A DNA stretch of 58,031 bases, filler included, from Sphacelaria rigidula (lineage: Eukaryota): NCBI GenBank assembly GCA_964200075.2. It is 6 parts of 6 records of this genome, joined end to end, with 100 filler letters (N's around TTAATTAATTAA, not from the genome) between each part and the next. Parts side by side here need not be neighbours in the genome. Positions count along the whole stretch, not along the records: positions 48,445 to 58,031 come from CAXNAA020008146.1; 5 more parts are not named here. One strand, written 5' to 3'. The notes under the pieces were generated by a model. That model was given only the letters and a program-made list of their open reading frames with translations. It was not told the DNA's origin and did no database searches. Positions 49,398 to 58,031 of this stretch are shown piece after piece. Position numbers and translations under genes: made by a program. Every line of letters starts with the position of its first letter. Positions within the stretch are counted from its first letter, which is position 1.

Positions 49398-51701
49398 TGT
49401 TGATGTTCCTACTTGAAAATAGAGATAGCATACTTCTAAACTCGCTCAGCACGGCTGGCATTTTGTCGTAGTCTCAGGGATGTGGCATCATGCCCAACCA
49501 GGGATTGCTCGCCTCCTGTGCCGTTTACAAAAATACTAAATCGCTGTTGCACAATGCTGACATCTCTTGGAATATCCATAGAAACATTCACCTCGTCGAG
49601 GAGGCTGCACCTACTCACGGTTACTCTAACTGAATCTCTTGTCGGATCCAAAACTCACGCGGTTTCCGTGTTGTGGTCGTAGAGAAACATGCCATTCTAA
49701 GCCCCCCCCCCCCGGGGGTCAAACTGTCTTGTCCCAAAAGAGATACGTGGTCGATGGTCAAATGACTAAGGCAAGCAACAAATAAGTACGCCCCCCCCGG
49801 GGGGTCAACCAACCGCGACGTCCGTGGAATTTGTCAGTTCGAGTCCAACCAAAAACAGTAGTTTTACACATAACTTGGTGTTTATTGTCGAACGCGTGTG
49901 CAAGAGAGTTTAAATATGTTGACTAAATATTAAGCTACGGTAGCCGTCATGATTCAACGGTAGATGATAATATGGCAGGGTGGTGGTAGGGAGGGCGAAG
50001 ATGAGTTGATCCCTTGGGACTATGGAGTCGTCCCAGGAGGAGAAAGACTAAACGTTCTGACGAAGAAGCGGAAATGTTCAAGGTGTCAATAACCGTGTCC
50101 AGCTTATCGTCTTATATCACCATAAAGAGGACTGGAGCAGCATCCAGCCGACGGGGGGGGGGGGGGCATCGCGGCATTACTCAGACGCTCTGCGGTCACT
50201 GGGCTATAATGCAAAATACTGATCAGAGGGGCAAGAGGCCACACACTTGCGATAGTTGCGAGGTGTACAATTTCCTTGTGAGGAGTGAAAGTGTGTCAGT
50301 GGCGGTGGTAAAACCTTGGCTCGGCTTGGGCACACGAGACGTGGCGAGTAGTGAGGAGGGTGTACGCATGTATATACACGCGGAGCACGGCGACTAAAGA
50401 ACAAGGATTATTGATGGAACGCCTCTCTTCAGTAACACCGCGTGTTTCAATACGAGGAGAACAGCGATGTTTTGACGCCGTAAATATAACAGGTACGGTA
50501 GCTGCAGCTGCCCATCATGAATAGAGGAATTCAAATATATGTCTCAATGGTCCTATACGGCAGAGTTCGTTCTGGATGGTGTCGTCTACGCATCCAGCAG
50601 CACAAACTCATTGGCGGATAATCACCCGCTTCAAAGCACAATGCGTGCTGTACTTGAGCTGTTACTATAAACTCGCCCTTTTCGATTTCAAAGCTGGAAC
50701 GAAACGCAACAGGGAAAACACATGATAAGACGGGTGGGCTCTGGATAAAGGATGGAGGTTGCGCACGAAAGGCCCGTGTCAATTGAGGCTGAAAAAGGGG
50801 GGGGCGTACTCATTTTTTACTCGCATTGGTCGCTTAACCACTGATCGGGCATCCCTTTCGAGACGGAACACCGTTTCTACTCCTAATAGAGACACCTCCA
50901 ACATTCAGGTGCTCATTAGGTTTCTTCCATACACCACACAAAGCCTTTTACATATCTCATCCTCGTCCGTTTCGCCGTCTGTGGTTACCATATCTCTCCT
51001 AGTATAGCCATCGTTTTCTCCCTCTTGTCTAATGCGTCAAACGAGTTCATGTCACCTTCGTTCACGTCCCGCATCCCCCCTGTAGCACGCCCCGTTCCTC
51101 CTTGTATACTTCACATCTGCAAATATATGACTTCTGCTCTCTATGGCTTGTCACAGGGGCAGTTCTATGCATCTACTTCCTCCTCCTCTCGACTACTGGC
51201 ATACCTCTTCTTTCTGGCAGGTCCAGGTCCCCCACCCGAAATCGCAGTTTCGATTTTTTTAAATCGCAATTTCAAATTTTCCGCCGCGTCCATTGCGCCA
51301 TGCAGATATGCTTCAATCCCTATCCCCTCTCTCAACCCCCCGTGTATCTTCAGGTGTTTTTCTTCGTCTACTTTGCGGCTGAGCGTTTCTTTTCCCACCT
51401 TTCTATCATGTCTCTTACTTTTGTCTTGTACCCCGCGCCTTCACTTATGAACAGCATTTCGTCTTGGTTTTTTTCGATCTCCTTCCATACTTTCCCGACT
51501 CATATATCCCACCTTATTTAAGCTTGCCCTTCCGTATTTTCTTCCATACAGCCTTATCAGCTATAGTTGACAATCTCTTTCTCTGCATGTTCTTTACGCT
51601 ATATTGCCATCGCAGTTTTCTCATGTCTCTGTCACGTCTAAGTGGGTACATTCCAAACTCTGCTCTCAAAACTATGTTACTCGTCGTTTTCGAGCACCCA
51701 A

Positions 51702-51955
51702 GAGCAATGCTGCGGTAGGGGTGCACTTTGTGCAGAATCCTGTCTGGTTCAGGGGCTCCTGACGATTCTAGATGCACAAGAATATGGGTTAGGACATCCC
51801 CGTTTGCAAATACGTTCGGGATATCACTAGTACATTGGAATACTAACCCTGGCGTATTCTCACGAATTTCATAAGTCATGTATTGGATGAGATAAAGGGC
51901 TCCTAACATTTCCAACCTCAGAAAATATTTGTACACCCCTACCGTAGCATAACTC
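51702..51955. mobile_element. 254-bp MITE, GAG...CTC termini, 4-bp TSD CCAA (Sola2-like), inserted in the LINE
   Basis: CCAA|GAGCAATGCTGCGGTAGGGG...CCCCTACCGTAGCATAACTC|CCAA. Excision restores the LINE frame KILGCSKT. Confidence 0.88.
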
Positions 51956-52837
51956 CCAAGTATTTTCTTAGCTGCTGCCATCGGTACTGTTCCCAACTTC
52001 TTCACCAACTTCATGTTCCCCTCCCGTACTTCTCCTGCATATTCCAGCTGTAGTACAATCACGTTCATCAGGATACGTATTTCAATCCTAGAGTCTAGGT
52101 GTGAGTCTCTGAGGATCAAGTACATCCTGCCTATCTGTGCCTTACCCTTTTCTAGTACTTTTTCACGTGTGCATCCCACGAAGAGTTTTTTTCCATCTCT
52201 ACGCCAAGGTATGTATACTGGTCTACGATCGGCAGTTCCTCTTCTCCCAAATTCTATTTGAACTCTACCGGATTTTTCCTACCTTCGTTACAGACGAGTA
52301 TCGCGCACTTGTCGACGTTCGCTGTCACTCTCCATTTCTTAGTGTGCTCTATCGCCTTGTCTATCTGTGTCTGTACTCCTTCTGATGTTCCTCATACTCC
52401 CACAAAATCATCCGTGAACATCAATCCTGATACCATATTTTGACCTACCTTGACCCCTTGTTTTGCTGCTCTTATTGCTATTATCACGTCATTGATAAAT
52501 ACCTTGAATAAAGTGGGTGATAACGTACATACTTGTGCAACTCCTTGTGAAATATAAAAATATTTCGATATTTCCCCGTCTAGCATCATAGCACTGTTGG
52601 CACATTCTGCTATGTTTTTCACGATTCTTCACATCTTTCCTCTGATCCCAGTTTTCCACAATTTATTCCACAATCCATTTCTCCATACTGTGCCATACGC
52701 CTTTTGTACATCCAGAAAGAAACAGTAGGTTGTCTGCCAGGCGTCTCTCCTACCTTGAATGATATTTCCTCTTGTGAACACCTGGTCTACGCAACTACGG
52801 TTTGGTCTGAAAGCTGCTTGCCCCTCACTGATTTTTT

Positions 52838-53686
52838 CACACGTCGGACGAGAGTCAGTACTCGTCAAAACGAGTGCATTCGTGGATGCTTTTTGAAAAC
52901 ACAACGAGCATGACTCGTGTGCTCGAGTCATTAATTTCCTTCACAACGAGCAATGACTCGTGTGCTCGAGTCATGAATGTTTTTCACAACGAGCAATGAC
53001 TTGTGTGCTCGAGTCATGAATGTTTTGCACAACGAGCAATGGCTCGTGTGCTCGAGTCACTCATTTTTTTCACAACAAGCCATGACTCGTGTGCTCGAGT
53101 CATTCATTTTTTTGCAACGAACCATGACTTGTGTGCTCGAGTCATTCATTTTCCCACAACGAGCAGTGTCTCAAGAGCTCGTCCTGTAAATGTACAACTC
53201 GAGAGATGCTCTTCGCCGCTTTGGTTGAACTCTGATCTCTCTGTGTGTATGGGCGGGGTGCTTGGATAAAATGACAACGAGCTTTGGAGCTTGATGCTTG
53301 CACATGTGCAGATATGCATATGAAGTTGAAGATTCTAGGTTCAAAATCGTCGAAGAGCCCATTGTAATTGTTTGCTCGTTGTATTGTTGACCCCTCCACT
53401 CAAGTCGTTCATCACGAGCAATGACTCGGGTACTCGCTCTACTAATTTTTGCCAAAGCGAGCAATGACTCGAGTACTCGCCCTACAAGTTCCTTCCACAA
53501 CGAGCAGTGACTCGAGTGCTCGCTCTTCTATTTTTTTCCACAACGAGCAATGACTCGAGTGCTCGCCCTACTAGCTTCTTCCACAACGAGCAATGACTCG
53601 AGTACTCGCCCTATAATTTTTACGGCCAACGAGCAGCCCAACGAGCGCAAGTGCCACAAGTCATACTCGTGCTCGCCCGACGTGTG
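52838..53686. mobile_element. Non-autonomous hAT-like element with subterminal tandem repeats
   Basis: TIR CACACGTCGG(A/G)CGAG; TSD GATTTTT(T/C); ~37-40-bp repeats caacgagcaatgactcg.gt.ctcg in two clusters. Excision restores LINE EEKISEGQ. Confidence 0.85.
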
Positions 53687-54235
53687 GATTTTTCTTCCTT
53701 TCCTAGCATCGTTCTCACTATATCGTTCAGAATCTTACAGAATGTTTTCCCTACAATGTTCAGTAGAGTAATCCCTCTACAGTTCCCTGGGTCGCCTTGT
53801 CTCCTTTTCTGAAAAGATTGACCACTACTCCTTCTCTCCACCTCTTGGGTGTGTACTCGTTTCCCCATATAGAGTTATACAGCATAACCATCATGGGAAT
53901 AATTCCCTCCATCCCGTTCTTTGGAAATACAGTCACTATTTCGTCTACCCCTGCTGCCTTTCTGTTCTTAAGTTTAGCTACACATTCCTTTACTCCATCT
54001 CTGGTGAATTCTCTCTGCAATTGTTTGGATCCACTATCCTCCCATTTTGAGGCCTCTACAGTTGCCTCTGCCCACGCGTTGATTTCTTTTTCGAATTCCG
54101 TGTCGAACTTCGTGCTCGGTTTTGCTGTTCCTAGTTTACGGTAGTGCCCTACTAGCATTCCTCTCTTCCCCTTCGAATTACTGACCATTCTACCGTTTCG
54201 TGCCTGGAGTGTAGCTATCCTGTTGTCCATTTTTC

Positions 54236-55948
54236 CAAGGTTATGTTCTGTAAGGTACGGGTACGTTCTGTAGGGTATGAGATTCCTTACAGAACTTACA
54301 GAACTGTCGGGTACCGGTATGAAAGTCTTACAGAAGTTACAGGACTTGTCGGGTACAGTATGGGAGGCTTACAGAAAACCGGTACCGGCAATCGGGTAAC
54401 TCTTTTAGGGCATACCCCCCCCTCGGGTTAGGGTATAGTTGTTGTACAGAACTGAAGGACTGTCGGGTAAGGGTATGGGCGGTTTACAGAAGTCACAGAA
54501 ACCGTCGGGTAGGGTATGTAGGTTGCACAGAAAACCGTACTTGCAACTGGGTATCTTATCAAGAACATACCCGTGCCCCCCGGTAACGGTACGAGAGGCG
54601 TACAGAACTCGCAGAACTATCGGGTACGGGTATGAAGATCTTACAAAGATTACAGAACTATCGGGTACCGGTATAAAGATCTTACAGAGTTTACACAACT
54701 GTCGGGTACAGTAAATACCCGGCAAAATACCCCGGGTATACAGAAAACCGAACCCTATGAAACACCTTGGTATTATCATCACCCCTGTGGTGGGACCTAC
54801 AGTACGTCACTACAACAGTGGCGAAATACATATATCACTGTTCACGAAAACTCTGAACGGCTTCATGGGGTTGATAAAGAAAGATACGCAAACAATCGCA
54901 GTAGTACATGTGCACGTGATCATCAACATCTATCGGCTTCACGTACACTCCCAGAGAGTACATGATGGAGCATGCACGGCTGCCCGTTCTCTGGAAGCCC
55001 TTCGGCACGCGACAAAATCGTCGACGGCCTTGACTTTCGGTGGCAGCTCATAGTCTCTGCTGTACATGTCAATAAACGCCTGGGGCTTGACTACCACAAC
55101 AAAACCACCATCAACGTCGATGACGTGCGTCTCGCTACTTGATCGCCTCGTGGCGCAGATGAACCGCCCTCGCTTGAGCAACCACTCGAGTCTGGGGGTA
55201 ATTCATACTGACGGTCTGTAGTGCTGCTCATGTTTCGTATTTCCACTCAGCGGTTCCCCATATCCCGTCAGATCCTAAACTAAAGAACTTTTGACATGGA
55301 ATTATTGTTGCTGCGCAGTTTTGAATGAAAGAGTTGGGTGTGTTGACCGATGGGAGGTACGTGTTCAGGTCATGAGGTTGTGTTGGATTGAACCTATATC
55401 CGTACCTTCTCAAGGTATATACCTGCGTTCATCCCTGCGATCGGGCATATCTACAGTATAACGGTATGCCCTAACCCCGGGTAGGAGTATGGGAGGCTTA
55501 CAGAGCTCACAGAAATGTCGGGTACAGGTACTGGATGGAAGTCTTACAGAAAACCGATACCGGCGATCGGGTATTTCTCTGAGGGCATACCCGCGCTCCG
55601 GGTACGGGTAAACGTTCTGTACAGAACTCACAGAAGTGTCGGGTAAGGTTATGCGAGGCTTACAGAACTCACGGAAACTGTCGGGTAGGGTGTGGAGGTT
55701 GCACAGAAAACCGTACCCGCAATCAGGTATCTTATCAAGAGCGTACCCTTACCCCCCGGTAACGGTACGGGAGTCTTACAGAGATTACAGTACTCTCGGG
55801 TAGGGGTATGAAAGTCTTACAGAAGTCACCGTACTGTCGGGTACCGGTATGAAAGTCTTACAGAAGATACAGAACTGTCGGGTACGGTTAATACCCGGCA
55901 AAATACCCCTGGTATACAGAAAATCGTACCCCACAGAACACAATCTTG
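54236..55948. mobile_element. Composite hAT-like element: two ~535-bp MITE units flanking a 641-bp cargo
   Basis: Units 54236..54769 and 55411..55948 each run CAAGG...CTTG with internal cttacagaa/gtcgggta repeats. Outer flanks are CATTTTTC / CATATTTC. Confidence 0.75.
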
Positions 55949-58031
55949 CATATTTCCTGCCTGGTTTCTCGTTATCCCTTTTATCCCTGTCCACATTTGT
56001 TTCATCTCGCCATCAAAATCTGCATTTGATCATTCGCTACATTTTTCCATACCCCCTTCTTTTTCTCCTCTACCATCCTTTTTACTTTGTGTCGAGCTTG
56101 AGTGTACTCCTCCCATCCTTCCGTAGTTTTACTCGGTATGCATCTCGCGTGAACCTCCCTTCTTACTCTTATAGCCTATTTTACTTCCTCATCCTATCAG
56201 TTTACTGCTCTGTTGCATACGATAAGTTTCCTCCCTATGACTTTCTCGCTGTGTTCTTGACCAGCTGCTCCCATCCTTCTGTAATCTTCGCTCCTGCTCG
56301 ATCCCTTTCCATTTCTATATCAGCTGTACCTACGCTTTCCAACAGCTCGGAAAATTTCAATGTATTCTTGGCCATCTCTCCTTGGAACGCTTGTTGTTTT
56401 TCTTCCACATCTAGTTTATCGATTCTCCATTTGTACACAACTTCCTACCCCGCCCATTCCTTCTTGCTCTCGTCTGTTGGCTTTCTGTCCACATGGGGCA
56501 ATGATCTATTGTCCCCACGTCCTCTGCGCATACATGTGCTTCCATTTCTTCACTATTTCCATGTTCTACCACTATATAGTCAAGAATGGAGCGTTCTCTC
56601 TCGTCTTTGCATTTTCTAGCTGGCTTTTGTGCTCTATCGTTCAGCGTCTCCATCTCGTTATACTAAAGGAACTTGAGCATTTCTACCCCATTCGCGTTCT
56701 TCTTATCTTCCCCGTATTGCCCAATGATATATCCTCCGGTGAACCTGATTTTACTACCCCTGCAGTAACATCTCCCACTAACATTACTTCTCGTTGTTTT
56801 TGTTACTTATGTACATCTACTGCTGTTTCTCCAAACCTTCGCTGTATATCGTTCACCCTACTCTTTGATTCTGGGGGCGTATAGATGTTCCCTACGAAAA
56901 AGTCCTTCGTTCCCCGATCTCCTGGTACCCTTATCCATATGCTCACGTCGAATTTCGCCTTCGATCACTTCTATTATGTCGCACAGGTATTCCTTGACTA
57001 AGAATCCTACCCCCCCCCCCCGCTCCCATGGTTCTTGGACTTCTGTCCCTTCCGCTTTTTCCCTATCCATGCGCGGTGTCTCGTCAACTTTGCATCCTAT
57101 TTCCGCCCCCTCTTTATCCCATGGTTCTTGGATTCTCACTATATCTAGGTCGTCTTAGGTTTGCTGTTCCATTAGCTATGCATACTCTCCATCCTACCCG
57201 TCTAACCCATGCCGACATCTTACTTGTCTCTATCTTTCCCCATTCCTTGCTCGCGCTCTGTTTTAGCGTGACTCGGAAGTGTTCTCTCCCCCTTTCTACC
57301 TTTCCTCTTGCCAAACAGTATAGTCCTCCTCCATTGCATTTCTTTTAAACTCCATCCTCGTGATGTCGCTACGTACTCCGAATACCAGCACTACTAGTAC
57401 CTTACCCGACCACTCTGTACTCCTCCATCCGCCCTTCCTTGCCGTCTCTTTATCACGATCTCTTTCGAGAGTATTTTCAGCTTGTTCGTTTTAGGTATTG
57501 CGGAGGGATGTAGTTAAGGTGCTGGGATATTCCAATCTACAACTTGTTGGGGGTCTGGCGCCTTTCAGTTTTTTTGCTGGCTCACCGGCACCAAATAATG
57601 CCTCCAACACGGGCTCGTAGCCTGAAGCCAAGTTCAACACCTTTGACGCAAGTACCCCACGCCTGTGCCAGGTGATCTTCATGGTAAATCATCCAGACGT
57701 CCGACGATCGTATCTTCTATCTTCTTGCCCTGCTGCTGTACTGGTTACTTTCCTCCAGGGAGATCATTTTCACCGTGTAAAGTTCAAGGATAGCTTGTAT
57801 TGATTGATTGGTCAATTGATTGATTATCTCACATTAGCTGATTGTAACAATCCAGATCATGGTCAGGAGCAGTCAAAGAAAAACAGAATAACAGTGCATA
57901 AGACAAGGTCTTACTCACATCGGGATGTTCCGTACATCACTTCTTCCCACTCCGTGTACGGTTCATCATGGCTCGCTACTCCACTAATGCTTTCGAGTAG
58001 ACCTTCGCTGCCGAAAGCTTGGCCAACGATT

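Larger units (their letters stand above)
50797..57790 (-). mobile_element. Near-full-length decayed LINE (APE endonuclease + RT) carrying three nested DNA-transposon insertions
   Basis: APE motifs VQEPW, GGGVGFLV, SILDYI, DHCPMW. RT motifs GNCRGITLLNIVGKTFCKILN, EGQAAFRPNRSCVDQ, FLDVQKAYGTV, GVAQVCTLSPTLF, MFTDDFVG. The 5' limit is approximate. Confidence 0.92.

Noticed and set aside
51703..51954. Polinton-type element (AG...CT ends, 6-bp TSD CCCAAG)
   Set aside because: This reading is formally possible here, but the copy ending at 19433 retains the CTC terminus. GAG ends with a 4-bp TSD fit better, and the element is only 254 bp.
52900..53630. CRISPR-like array of ~37-40-bp palindromic repeats
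   Set aside because: There are no unique spacers and no cas genes, and the context is eukaryotic. The repeats are subterminal units inside a TIR/TSD-bounded element.

Overview
This is eukaryotic, repeat-rich DNA, most likely a brown alga (Phaeophyceae). The basis is an intron-containing chlorophyll a/c-type LHC gene with a bipartite ASAFAP-like plastid presequence, plus Ectocarpus-like ankyrin, LINE and SINE content; the organism call is an inference. The window is not one locus. It is six contigs of 9589, 9589, 9589, 9589, 9588 and 9587 nt joined by artificial 100-nt N44-TTAATTAATTAA-N44 linkers, so nothing can be inferred across the linkers. Host genes: a complete 3-exon LHC gene, a divergent first exon of a probable DnaJ/Hsp40, the 3' exons of an unknown multi-exon gene, an intronless ~7-TM orphan ORF and an ankyrin-repeat gene. 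The rest is mostly transposon-derived: two decayed LINEs, the 5' part of an LTR retrotransposon, solo and remnant LTRs, a Tc1/mariner remnant, tRNA-derived SINEs, and many MITEs with readable target-site duplications (TSDs), several of them nested. I found no unambiguous new biological system. The best leads are a diverged two-copy element centred on a conserved long palindrome, a composite hAT-like element carrying a cargo ORF, MITE families with variable 4-bp TSDs, and the orphan 7-TM gene.
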